Notes: generated by a model not told the origin, from the letters alone. Shown: positions 19,473-28,594, numbered from the stretch's first letter. The stretch: 64,000 nucleotides of DNA from Candidatus Saccharibacteria bacterium UBA5148 (GCA_002413835.1 DHXU01000009.1:14626-78625); one strand, 5' to 3'. Program-made: numbers and translations.

Positions 19473-20225
19473 ATGCTTAGCCTCGGACTTTTTATCACCA
19501 GTTTGCTTGCCGGCATGGTCAATTCCGTGGCCGGCGGCGGCATCCTGGTCATCTTCCCTGCCCTGCTGGCAGCCGGCCTGCCACCGATTACCGCCAATGC
19601 GACCAGTAATCTCATATCCTGGCCCGGAGCCCTCAGCTCAGCCTATGGTTACCGAGCCCACCTCCGCAAACTACCGGCAAAATATTTGCTACTGCTCATT
19701 CCCTGCTTCGTTGGTGCCGTCATCGGAGCCGTACTACTCGCCCAGACAGACAGCCACGAGTTCGCCCACGCTGTGCCGTGGTTAGTCCTGGCGGCAGTAC
19801 TGCTCTTCACCTTTCAGCCGTTTTTGCACCGCCACCTGGCCCGCAACCTTAGTCAGCACCGCAATGCACCACTGGTTGTTATCGGCCTGGCCCTGCTTCC
19901 GATGTCCATCTACGGCGGCTACTTCGGAGCTGGCTTCGGCTTCCTGATGTTGGCCTTTCTCGGCTTCACCCGCATTACCGACATGCACCAGATTAACGGC
20001 CTGAAGAATCTGGCCGGCGCGACCATCACACTCGTCTGCACCATATATTTCGGTTTCACGGGACTCATAGATTGGCATTTCGCACCTGCTATGATCGTCG
20101 GTAGTCTCCTCGGCGGATTCATCGGTTCGCACTGGGCTCAGCGAGTAAACCAGGCGCACGTCCACAATCTCATCGTTGTCGTCGGTCTGGTAGTCGCCTG
20201 CATGCTTTTTCTCAAACCATCCTGA
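19473..20225 (+). CDS. TauE/SafE (DUF81) family anion exporter
   Basis: 250 aa with ~7-8 TM segments. The start LLAGMVNSVAGGGILVIFPALL is typical of DUF81 proteins. Confidence 0.7.
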   Translation: MLSLGLFITSLLAGMVNSVAGGGILVIFPALLAAGLPPITANATSNLISWPGALSSAYGYRAHLRKLPAKYLLLLIPCFVGAVIGAVLLAQTDSHEFAHAVPWLVLAAVLLFTFQPFLHRHLARNLSQHRNAPLVVIGLALLPMSIYGGYFGAGFGFLMLAFLGFTRITDMHQINGLKNLAGATITLVCTIYFGFTGLIDWHFAPAMIVGSLLGGFIGSHWAQRVNQAHVHNLIVVVGLVVACMLFLKPS

Positions 20226-20315
20226 CACTCCGTTACGCGTTCTTGGGCTAGCCAACAGAGACAAATCGTGCTATATTTACCCCTGTCCTACCAATGTTTC
20301 ACGGACATTTCACGC

Positions 20316-20391
20316 GGCGACGTAGCTCAGTGGTTAGAGCACAGGACTCATAAGCCTGGGGTCGGTGGTTCAAATCCACCCGTCGCTACCA
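20316..20391 (+). tRNA. tRNA with CAT anticodon (elongator Met or lysidine-modified Ile2)
   Basis: 76-nt cloverleaf GGCGACG/CGTCGCT acceptor (G1-U72), T-arm GGTGG-TTCAAAT-CCACC, anticodon loop CTCATAA (CAT at 20349-20351), and an encoded CCA. Confidence 0.9.
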
Positions 20392-20405
20392 ATTTGCTTA
20401 TGTTT

Positions 20406-20430
20406 AAAACTCCCTGAAAAGGGAGCTTTA
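20406..20430. terminator. Bidirectional hairpin terminator between the tRNA and the protease gene
   Basis: AAAACTCCCT-GAAA-AGGGAGCTTTA: a 6-bp GC-rich stem with A-rich and T-rich flanks on either side. Confidence 0.5.
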
Positions 20431-20451
20431 AATTCACAGAATATATCTTGC

Positions 20452-21246
20452 TTACTGGTGGTCTGCCAATACAACCAGTGTTGCAAGTTTGCTGCCGTCC
20501 TGGAACTGCCTCTCATAGATTTCCAGATGGCCTTCTTTTCCACGGAAGACGCGTCGACCCCAGTTGGCGGATTGATTTTTATCACTTTGGTCTTTGTCGG
20601 CCTGAGTCGAAGTCGTAACGCTCCCGACTGTCGTCGTAGTATCAAGGTGGGCGTAGATGGTCGACAACTCTTCATAATCATGAGCGTTCGGGTGCTGGCT
20701 TCCTAGGTCCATCGAATAATCCATGCAGGTTCCGAGGGCTGCACCGCTTTCGTCCTGATGTCCGAGCCCAAAAGTGTGGCCAACTTCCTGACACATGACA
20801 TGGTTTTTCTCGGCAGGAGTATTGTAGCTCTGCATCGCGAAATAGGTATCGTTCAGCTTGGTCGTGCCCTGTGTAATGTGACTACCGGTCAGCCAGATTT
20901 GCGCCAGACCGAGCCAGCCATTTTGCCCGTAGCGCGAATTACAAACTTCCACCTGGCCCAGCTTTGGTTTACACGTCTTCGGATTGGACGTGCCGGCAAC
21001 GATAGTCGTATCGAGCACCTCTGATACCGACCAGTCGGCTGATGTCTGCTGGAGATATGGCTTCCAGGCAGCACCCAGATTATCACTCAGCTTCAAATTG
21101 AATGGATTACTCTGCCGCGCCCAATGATAGCCGCCCCACGAATGATTAGCACTCACAGCGCCCCCAAAAGAAACGATAGCTGTCAGCGCAACACCCACTG
21201 CAAGTAGCGCCCTCATCTGCCCATTCGAACCCTTGAAAAGTTTCAT
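20452..21246 (-). CDS. Secreted metzincin-like zinc metalloprotease (variant motif)
   Basis: 264 aa with a signal peptide. It has the motif HVMCQEVGHTFGLGHQD (xExxHxxGxxH with Gln in place of the first His) followed by GTCMDYS, a Met-turn-like segment. Confidence 0.6.
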   Translation of the reverse strand: MKLFKGSNGQMRALLAVGVALTAIVSFGGAVSANHSWGGYHWARQSNPFNLKLSDNLGAAWKPYLQQTSADWSVSEVLDTTIVAGTSNPKTCKPKLGQVEVCNSRYGQNGWLGLAQIWLTGSHITQGTTKLNDTYFAMQSYNTPAEKNHVMCQEVGHTFGLGHQDESGAALGTCMDYSMDLGSQHPNAHDYEELSTIYAHLDTTTTVGSVTTSTQADKDQSDKNQSANWGRRVFRGKEGHLEIYERQFQDGSKLATLVVLADHQ

Positions 21247-21480
21247 ATTTTCCCCCTAATCTTTCTAATTATGGTTATTATACCGCATTTTGCCGTTAGC
21301 ATTTTACTAACTTACTACACCTCCCGGCAGCCACAGGTGTTATTGCTTGTATTATCCTACAGCGCTTCTTTTTGCAGACAGTAGACCTGGGACAAACACA
21401 ATATTGAATACATTACAACTAATTCAGCATGTACTCGGTTCCAACTCATCAAACCCGCGCCTACCAATTCGTTATGTTCA

Positions 21481-22011
21481 ATGGATCCGAGCAAGAAGTC
21501 AATTTTTTGCTATGATGGGTCCATGCAAGAAGTGAGTTTAAACGAACTAAAAGATCGGGCATTATCACTCCATCATGATGGTTCAGTTTGGCACTTTCAC
21601 ATTCTGACGCCTGGCTGCAAATTCAATGACAGTGATATGTATGCGTTTGTACTCGAAGATATAACGGCATCGTCTCGGTTCGTGCATTATTCTAAGACTG
21701 CAGCATCTGATCTCAGCGCCGAGCTTGCTCCACTATTGCATGGAGGGGATGTGTTCAATTCCACCCAAGCTACAAAACAAAGCGTTGAAGTCGAAGCTAT
21801 GTGCGCACGCGCAGCAGTACTCAACCAGGCCGGCATACAATGGCATCACCATGTCCTGTTCCCTGGTTGCCAATACAATGCCAATGACCCTCGATATACA
21901 TTAGTTTTTGAAGATTCGGAAACGGGTAGCACGCTCGTGAGCATCAGTGACAGTGAACCAATAGCTGCCCTGTCCGTATTAGAACCGTTATTTTATTCCC
22001 AGAGTAGTTGA
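21481..22011 (+). CDS. Hypothetical protein with an internally duplicated ~65-aa domain
   Basis: Two repeats carry GSVWHFHILTPGCKFND and GIQWHHHVLFPGCQYNAND, each followed by a (V/L)(L/F)ED acidic segment. The start is uncertain (21481 or 21523). Confidence 0.55.
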   Translation: MDPSKKSIFCYDGSMQEVSLNELKDRALSLHHDGSVWHFHILTPGCKFNDSDMYAFVLEDITASSRFVHYSKTAASDLSAELAPLLHGGDVFNSTQATKQSVEVEAMCARAAVLNQAGIQWHHHVLFPGCQYNANDPRYTLVFEDSETGSTLVSISDSEPIAALSVLEPLFYSQSS

Positions 22012-22212
22012 CCAGCTCTACCACAAGATATAGACCAGTGAGATTCTATCCGGCCATTGTACAATCGTCTCGTCCGACTGAGCCGCCTATTGCGTTATTA
22101 TTCTTATGAGCTACATTATGCTTATGAGCAGTCGCCAACCTACTCAGCCTGGCGTAGACAGGCCAACCCAATTAGTCTGGTATCTGTAATTTGGACGACT
22201 ATCGTATACAAA

Positions 22213-22238
22213 AAGAGCCCGGACATAGTCCGGGCTCT
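22213..22238 (-). terminator. Rho-independent terminator (stronger on the minus strand)
   Basis: AGAGCCCGG-ACATAGT-CCGGGCTCT, a 9-bp stem. The minus-strand reading is followed by TTTTT. Confidence 0.6.
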
Positions 22239-22265
22239 TTATATATGTACTATCTACGTGTTGTC

Positions 22266-22364
22266 TCAGATATTCTTGAGAAAACGGTCGAAGCGGGAGA
22301 TCTGTGCGTCATTGGTGCTGACGAATTCAAATGCTAAGCCGCTTTTTGTGTTGTTAGTCTTCAT
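22266..22364 (-). CDS. Candidate small protein (32 aa)
   Basis: Found manually, below the track cutoff: MKTNNTKSGLAFEFVSTNDAQISRFDRFLKNI. It has a GAAGGA RBS ~8 nt upstream and the terminator hairpin 28 nt downstream. Confidence 0.35.
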   Translation of the reverse strand: MKTNNTKSGLAFEFVSTNDAQISRFDRFLKNI

Positions 22365-22597
22365 TGATACTGTCCTTCGTGTAATTCTTACTTTTTAATT
22401 TTTTGTCCGTTAGAACGTTTTTGTTTGTGATCACAACATCTATTATTATACACAGGTTTGCTATTTTGTCAAATCTATATGTAATAATTCTTATGTTTGT
22501 TGCTACCAGGTCGGTTCATCATACCCTATGAAGCCAGCAAGGGCAACAAATATCTGTAGTGCAAATTACCCTCTACCATTGCCGGAAAGCGGCGTGG

Positions 22598-22625
22598 TTG
22601 TCAAAAATCTCGCCTGCTATATAAT
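22598..22625 (+). promoter_or_regulatory. Candidate promoter TTGTCA-16-TATAAT
   Basis: -35 at 22598-22603 and -10 at 22620-22625, upstream of the TTG start at 22652, which itself has an AGGGGTGA RBS. Confidence 0.4.
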
Positions 22626-22651
22626 ACTAACGGTAATGTCAGGGGTGAAAA

Positions 22652-24133
22652 TTGGACATAATCGGGGCAACAAACAATACATCGACGACGGACGGTATCT
22701 TCGACCGACCGTTAGTGTTCGTCGATATTGAGACGAACGGGTTAAACCATATCCGCGGACGAGTCATCGAAGTCGCCGCCATCCGAGTGGAGCATGGCCG
22801 GATTACCAGAGTCTTCAACCAGCTGGTCGATCCGGAAGCCGAACTGCCCTACTTTATTACCAACCTCACCGGCATACGCAGCGAGGACTTGCGCGGCGCG
22901 GCACCATTCCGCCAGATTGCCAGCGAGCTGCATGACATACTGAGCGGCGCTGTCTTCGTGGCTCACAACGTGCGCTTCGATTATTCATTTCTCAAGCAGG
23001 AGTTCAAGCGCATCAACCAGACGTTCCTACCCAAGCAGCTCTGCACCGTCAAGTTGTCGCGCGCCCTCTATCCCGATCAAAAGAGTCATAAGCTGGAGAG
23101 CCTGATCGCCCGGCACGGCTTCAGCTTCGAGAAGCGCCACCGGGCCTATGACGACGCCCTGGTACTGTGGCAGTTCCTGCAGCATATCAGTGCCAACTTC
23201 CCGCCGGAGACAGTCCAGGCAGCCATCGCCCGTCAGCTCAAACAGCCAGCTCTGCCGAAAGGCCTGGCGCCAGACGTGGTCCGTGATCTGCCGGAAGCCC
23301 CCGGAGTCTACATATTCGAAGACGAGCAGAACAAGCCGCTGTACATCGGCAAAAGTATCAACATCAAGAAGCGGGTGCTGAGCCACTTCGGCCACGATCA
23401 TGACGACAACAAAGAATTCAAGATTGCCCAGACCATCAAGCACATCTCGACGCAGCAGACGGGCGGGGAATTGGAGGCGCTGCTGCTGGAGTCGCGGCTT
23501 GTCAAAGAAATGATGCCACTGTACAACCGCCAGCTGCGCCGAACTCAAAAACTGCTGGTCGCTCGCCAAACAATGGACGAATCCGGATACTTACACGTCA
23601 GCCTGGAGGAAGCCAGCCAGCTCGACCCCGACGGTCTCGGCGACATCCTGGCTGTCTACGCCCGGCGATCGCAAGCCCGCAGTTCCCTGGATGACATCCA
23701 AAAGCTCTACGGCCTCTGCCCTAAACTACTCGGACTTGAAAAGTCCTTGCGAAAGGGAGACACCGCCTGCTTCCTCTACCAACTTCACAAATGCCGCGGC
23801 GCCTGCGTGGCTGCTGAGCCGCCAGAACCCCACAACCAGCGGCTACGCCTCGCCTTTGAACGGCAGCGGATACAGGATTGGCCATACAACGGGGCAGTGC
23901 TGGTACAGGAAAAGTTCACCGAATCGACCATCTCGTCCGGTATCGTTGTCGACAAATGGTGCATCCTGGCTGAAATGAGCCAGGAAGAATACTGCGAACC
24001 GAAAGTTCACAGTCACAGCCGAACATTTGACCTGGATGCCTACAAGATATTGCATAGCTTTTTGACTACCAAGCTACACAAACTCGTCATCCAGCCGCTT
24101 ACTCAGCAACAGTTGCTGCAGCTCGGTATGTAG
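22652..24133 (+). CDS. DEDDh 3'-5' exonuclease (DnaQ-like) fused to a GIY-YIG (UvrC/Cho-like) nuclease domain
   Basis: The exonuclease motifs are FVDIETNG, AHNVRFDYSFL and HRAYDDALV. They are followed by the GIY-YIG motif GVYIFEDEQNKPLYIGKSINIKKRVLSH and a UvrC-like Cys region CFLYQLHKCRGAC. Confidence 0.75.
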   Translation: MDIIGATNNTSTTDGIFDRPLVFVDIETNGLNHIRGRVIEVAAIRVEHGRITRVFNQLVDPEAELPYFITNLTGIRSEDLRGAAPFRQIASELHDILSGAVFVAHNVRFDYSFLKQEFKRINQTFLPKQLCTVKLSRALYPDQKSHKLESLIARHGFSFEKRHRAYDDALVLWQFLQHISANFPPETVQAAIARQLKQPALPKGLAPDVVRDLPEAPGVYIFEDEQNKPLYIGKSINIKKRVLSHFGHDHDDNKEFKIAQTIKHISTQQTGGELEALLLESRLVKEMMPLYNRQLRRTQKLLVARQTMDESGYLHVSLEEASQLDPDGLGDILAVYARRSQARSSLDDIQKLYGLCPKLLGLEKSLRKGDTACFLYQLHKCRGACVAAEPPEPHNQRLRLAFERQRIQDWPYNGAVLVQEKFTESTISSGIVVDKWCILAEMSQEEYCEPKVHSHSRTFDLDAYKILHSFLTTKLHKLVIQPLTQQQLLQLGM

Positions 24134-24160
24134 CTGCACACTATCCGGCGCAGTACGGCC

Positions 24161-25126
24161 CTAAAACCAATGTTTGCCGCGGAAGTACATATACATAGCC
24201 AGTGCCAGTGCAAACGACGCGGCAATCAGGACCTCAAACGTGGTATATGGGCCGAGGAAAGTCCAGGCACCAGTCGCTAGGCCACCTGGTAGCGGAACGT
24301 TCATGCCGTACAGCGTACCGAAGACTGTAATCGGTATCGTAAAGGTGAACAGGATGGTCAGTACAGCCAGGACCTCGTTGGTCTGCTCGGTACTCGTTGT
24401 AAAGTCGGCGTCTTTGTAGATTTCCACCGTTTCTTTGGCTTCTTCAATGACTTCCCAGAGCTTGTTGGCAGTCTTGGTGTTGTTGGAGTAGTACTTTGAT
24501 ACACTCTGACCGACAAACGAATTAGCCTCCTCGGCCAGGCCTTGTAACAGCAGCCGTTTCGGTCCGATCACACGACGCAGCCTGACTATTTTCTGGCGCA
24601 GCTTACCAATTCGCTGGGCGTCAGAATTATTATTATCAAACACCATATCTTCTATCGTATCGAGCTCGCTGATGACGTGATCAGTCATGGCCGATATGTA
24701 CTGTAAGAGATCACTTATAAGCATATAGAGCAAGTAGCCCGAACCTTGTTCAAATACCTTTCCGGCGGTCTCATGCTGCGCGGCATACTTCTCGAACAAG
24801 TCAGTGATTACCTTACAGCGTCCAGTCCGAATTGTGATAACAAAATCCTTACCAAGAAAAACGCCGACCTGATTGACCAGAATCTTATCAGTTTTTGGTT
24901 CGTACACTGGAACATGCAGGACCAAGAACAGATAATTATCCTCATGCTCAACCTCTATATGCTGGATACGCTGCATGCTTTCGTGCAGATGCACCGGATG
25001 CAGGTGATAGGATTCTTCAAGTTGCGTCAATACTTGATGACTGGGACTTTCGACATCAAGCCAGGTCGTGTCGTTATATTTCAGAGACTGTAGCTCGTGC
25101 GGGACGACCGGTTTTTTGTTATCCAT
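24161..25126 (-). CDS. corA: Magnesium/cobalt transporter CorA
   Basis: 321 aa with two C-terminal TM helices and the signature YGMNVP (GMN motif). Confidence 0.9.
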   Translation of the reverse strand: MDNKKPVVPHELQSLKYNDTTWLDVESPSHQVLTQLEESYHLHPVHLHESMQRIQHIEVEHEDNYLFLVLHVPVYEPKTDKILVNQVGVFLGKDFVITIRTGRCKVITDLFEKYAAQHETAGKVFEQGSGYLLYMLISDLLQYISAMTDHVISELDTIEDMVFDNNNSDAQRIGKLRQKIVRLRRVIGPKRLLLQGLAEEANSFVGQSVSKYYSNNTKTANKLWEVIEEAKETVEIYKDADFTTSTEQTNEVLAVLTILFTFTIPITVFGTLYGMNVPLPGGLATGAWTFLGPYTTFEVLIAASFALALAMYMYFRGKHWF

Positions 25127-25357
25127 GATTTACCTTAATAATAAACTAAAGCAGTCTAAAGATATACCCGCAAACTTATATAGCTGGCCCTAGCTACATC
25201 GGGCGTAGGCCAGGATGAGCAGGGCAAGGCCCTTATTTTTTACAGTTTCTATCACAAGCGATCCTTCAGGGTTATGTAGTTACCCATCAGTATAAATAAA
25301 TACTTGATGATGTCAAATATTAATACTATCAAGTATAATGTACACTCAGGAGACACT

Positions 25358-25765
25358 ATGGACCGCATCGATACCCGGATTTGCTTACAAATACTTGAGG
25401 CATGGCAACAGCTTAAGTCTATTATTGAGACGTACGCTGCCAGCCGCAATCTTACCTTACAGCAGATATTCGTCCTCTACCACCTCTACAGTGAGGATCA
25501 CATACTGATGGGAACGCTCGCCAAACAGCTACACTGCGACGCATCAAACGTCACTGGCATGATCGACAGATTAGAAGTTACGGGCTTGATTACCCGTCAG
25601 GCATTGCCAGCCGACCGGCGCGCCAAACAACTGACAATCACGGCAACGGGAAGGGAACTGATCGACAATCTGATTCCCTACTTGCCTGCCGGCCTCGGCC
25701 TGCAGAAGCTGGCCTCCAGCGAACAGAGCAACCTACACTGTATTCTCGCCAAACTGACGAGCTAA
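25358..25765 (+). CDS. MarR family transcriptional regulator
   Basis: Winged helix region LGTLAKQLHCDASNVTGMIDRLEVTGLITRQALPADRRAKQLTITATG. The start is set at ATG 25358, which has an AGGAGA RBS 5 nt upstream. The track start at 25304 is less likely. Confidence 0.8.
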   Translation: MDRIDTRICLQILEAWQQLKSIIETYAASRNLTLQQIFVLYHLYSEDHILMGTLAKQLHCDASNVTGMIDRLEVTGLITRQALPADRRAKQLTITATGRELIDNLIPYLPAGLGLQKLASSEQSNLHCILAKLTS

Positions 25766-25806
25766 ACTTCACCTGACGAGCTTATGTAGCCGCAACCTTG
25801 TCAAGC

Positions 25807-26352
25807 TTACGCCGGTGTTGGTGGCGTGTATTCTACGCCTGCCTCAGACAATAGCTTGGCTATGTTCTGAGCTACGTATTCAGACGGCGGAACGATCCAG
25901 CTAGGCTCAACATCACCGCCGGGGACTCGCTGATAATTAACCACATTATCTTCGGTAAGTTCCTGGGGATCATTAAGAACATACGCATCGCCTCGCGGAC
26001 TCATCCGAGCGATGCCGAAGAATCCAGTTTCAGTGACAACAAACGGCACTGTCATAAGATGGCTCACGCGAACCGCACTCTCGCGGTGTTGGACATGGAC
26101 AATGCCAACAGGCCAGCCTTTCTCGACACGTAACAACTCATCGTAGCCGGAATACCGTGAGCGGCCATACACTTCAACCGGGCTTGCCGGAACATACTCG
26201 ACGAGCTGCGGAAGCCAAGCCACCAACGCTTCATAAGTGCGTCTACGATTTTCGGAAATTTCCTGGAGTTCATCAGGAGAAAGTGCTGCTAAACCTTCGG
26301 GGTTCTGAACTTTTTCACCGTCATATGTAGCAAATGTGGGCCTGGAACTCAT
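25807..26352 (-). CDS. Hypothetical protein
   Basis: 181-aa ORF, same strand and 111 nt downstream of the TPR gene. No recognisable domain. Confidence 0.5.
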   Translation of the reverse strand: MSSRPTFATYDGEKVQNPEGLAALSPDELQEISENRRRTYEALVAWLPQLVEYVPASPVEVYGRSRYSGYDELLRVEKGWPVGIVHVQHRESAVRVSHLMTVPFVVTETGFFGIARMSPRGDAYVLNDPQELTEDNVVNYQRVPGGDVEPSWIVPPSEYVAQNIAKLLSEAGVEYTPPTPA

Positions 26353-26463
26353 TTTTATTCTCCTTACATGTTCTAACTATATAACCACCTGTTAGGATTC
26401 ATGTCAATAAACTGTCTACATTTTATAATATTTACAAGCATATTCACAGCCGAACCGACAGTT

Positions 26464-27279
26464 TTATACGGCAATGGTATTCGGGCCATCTTCATCAAAA
26501 AAGCGCTTTGTACCCTTTTGCCGGATATATAAGGGCGTGTATCGGCGACCGTCAGCTTCGCGGCGCTGCTTGTCTTTGAGCTCGCGCTGTATCCAGTCCA
26601 TGTGCTGCTGGAAATAATTATAAGTCGGATCGAGCCGCATGGCGTCCCGGAAGAATTGATCGGCTTTGTCGAGGTCGCCCTGCAGGATATATATCATACC
26701 AACAGTGTCGAGGACCTGCATGTCATTAGGTGCATCATGCAGCGCCTGTTCGGCCACCTGCACACTTTCGGCAACTTTGTGCTGGCGCAGTAACGCCAGA
26801 GCCAGGCGGCTGCGGTATTCAGCCTGGTTCGGGTTCAACTGGGCGGCCTGAGCCAGATATTTGGCTGCCTTGTCAGCTTCGCGGTTTATCAGATAAATTT
26901 CGCCAAGCTGGCGATGAAAATCAGCATCCTGCGGCCGCATATTGATAGCCGTCAACAGGCAGTCGCGAGCCTGGATATACTGCGCACCGCCGTACCAGAG
27001 GTAGTAATGATACAGCAGGTAATAAAATTCCGGCACATTCGGATAGACGCCGAGCGCCTGCTCGATAGTACCCCGCATCCTGGTAAAGTCGTCATCGGCC
27101 TGCGTCTGGCAGGCGATGCCGTACTGCGCACTGGCCAAGGCGTAGAGCGCCGTGCCGTTGTAGGGAGATAGTGTCAGAATGCGGGTCGCAATATCGCTGA
27201 TGAGGTCATGCCGGTGGCTGCCTGTCAGGGCCCGTAATTCAGCTTCCAGCCGTTCGAATTGTTCGGGATCAGCGCTCAT
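26464..27279 (-). CDS. Tetratricopeptide repeat protein
   Basis: 271 aa with repeated A/Y/L-patterned 34-aa units (e.g. AKYLAQAAQLNPNQAEYRSRLALALL, ADQFFRDAMRLDPTY). It overlaps the AAA gene stop by 11 nt. Confidence 0.7.
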   Translation of the reverse strand: MSADPEQFERLEAELRALTGSHRHDLISDIATRILTLSPYNGTALYALASAQYGIACQTQADDDFTRMRGTIEQALGVYPNVPEFYYLLYHYYLWYGGAQYIQARDCLLTAINMRPQDADFHRQLGEIYLINREADKAAKYLAQAAQLNPNQAEYRSRLALALLRQHKVAESVQVAEQALHDAPNDMQVLDTVGMIYILQGDLDKADQFFRDAMRLDPTYNYFQQHMDWIQRELKDKQRREADGRRYTPLYIRQKGTKRFFDEDGPNTIAV

Positions 27280-28408
27280 CTTTGACGGTTTTCAAATAGG
27301 AGGCAACCTGGTCGAACAGACCAGAGTCATTGCTGTATTCTATATAGTTTTTTACGGTATTGAACCATTCGTTGATGGAGGAGTGCGATTTGTCGGTAAT
27401 CTCGACCATCAGCTTGCTGCTGATAAGTTCTTCCTTGCCGGAACGGATTGCCAGCTTGAAAGTTTCTTCGCTGGCCAGGTCGCAGATATATACGATATCG
27501 GCTGCTGAATACTGCGTCGTCTTGTCAGCCAGCAGCGCGTAGTCGATGTCATCATGAGGCTTGCCGGCCATATTCAGTTCGAATAACCGGGCCCGGGCGC
27601 CTTTGTCAGGCGGTGGTACGAACAGAATCTTGTCAAAGCGGCCAGGACGGCGCAAGGCGTTATCTACTTCCCACGGCAGGTTCGTGGCACCGATGATCAG
27701 CAGATCTTTGTTGTTGTCATCAATTCCGTCCATTTCGGTCAGCAGCTGATTGACTATGGGGCGGACGACTGAGTTCAGGCCGGAGCGGTTGCCGCCGATG
27801 GCATCAATCTCGTCGAAGAACACCACTGCCGGCGCCTTCTGGCGCGCCAACTCAAAGATGGCATGCATACTGCGTTCGCCTTGCCCGGCGTAGGAGCTGA
27901 GTAGCTCATGAATCGAACTGCTGATAAATTCAGCGTTAATCTCGCCAGCTGAGGCTCGGGCAATGTAGGTTTTACCGCAGCCCGGAGGGCCGAACATCAG
28001 GATGCCTTTGCCAGACTGCTTATTGTATTTGGCATATACCTCCGGGTGTTGGAAGGGGTAGATTATATCTGTCCGGATAGCTTCCTTGACCTCATCCATC
28101 CCGGCGACATTGGCGAAGGTTATGACATTTTTGCGGGGCAATGGCACGTCGGATTCGTCGCTGGTAACGAAGCCCAGACTACGGCCTTTCGGCTCAAGCT
28201 TCAGCGCGATGTCGTTGAGGGCATGTTCGACATTCAGGTCTTTATCAACCTCGAATACCTCGGCGAGTAGTGAACGGGCATCCTTTAATTCATTCTTCTT
28301 GTAGAGTTCCAGGGCAAAATACTTTTTGAAGTTCAGATCTTCGGGGTTAGTTTCGTAGACCTGACGCAGCGAGTCCAGAAACGTATCGTCGTAGTTTTTA
28401 CTTGACAT
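27269..28408 (-). CDS. AAA+ ATPase (classical CDC48/Vps4/FtsH-type module) with helical N-terminal domain
   Basis: Walker A ILMFGPPGCGKTY, Walker B VVFFDEIDA, and second region of homology ATNLPWEVDNALRRPGRFD. The ~100 aa N-terminal region is helical and TPR/MIT-like. Confidence 0.8.
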   Translation of the reverse strand: MSSKNYDDTFLDSLRQVYETNPEDLNFKKYFALELYKKNELKDARSLLAEVFEVDKDLNVEHALNDIALKLEPKGRSLGFVTSDESDVPLPRKNVITFANVAGMDEVKEAIRTDIIYPFQHPEVYAKYNKQSGKGILMFGPPGCGKTYIARASAGEINAEFISSSIHELLSSYAGQGERSMHAIFELARQKAPAVVFFDEIDAIGGNRSGLNSVVRPIVNQLLTEMDGIDDNNKDLLIIGATNLPWEVDNALRRPGRFDKILFVPPPDKGARARLFELNMAGKPHDDIDYALLADKTTQYSAADIVYICDLASEETFKLAIRSGKEELISSKLMVEITDKSHSSINEWFNTVKNYIEYSNDSGLFDQVASYLKTVKDER

Positions 28409-28565
28409 ATTATTCCATACTATACACTAAACCATCAATAATCCAAGCATAAGTCACCTGGAGTTGGTGAGTCGTTATACAGTTTGTGCGTGCAGTACAT
28501 CTAGCACCATGACAGCCACTTTTGGCGTATAGATACTATCTAAAGACTTGGGTTTAACTATATAT

Positions 28566-28594
28566 TTGTAATAGTCGCACATTTGATGTAAAAT
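28566..28594 (+). promoter_or_regulatory. Candidate promoter TTGTAA-17-TAAAAT, 8 nt before the ATG
   Basis: -35 at 28566-28571 and -10 at 28589-28594, with the ATG at 28603. This geometry implies a leaderless or near-leaderless mRNA. Confidence 0.4.

Noticed and set aside
22057-22398. 113-aa + ORF in the 22.0-22.65 kb spacer
   Set aside because: It reads through a strong terminator hairpin (22213-22238) and has no RBS. The small minus-strand ORF with proper signals is the better explanation.
25127-25357. Possible Mg (M-box) riboswitch upstream of corA, and a possible Mn riboswitch upstream of the VIT1 gene (29404-29470)
   Set aside because: I could not recognise the conserved cores by eye. 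The VIT1 spacer (67 nt) is too short, and the corA/marR spacer is better explained as divergent promoters. A covariance-model scan would be needed.
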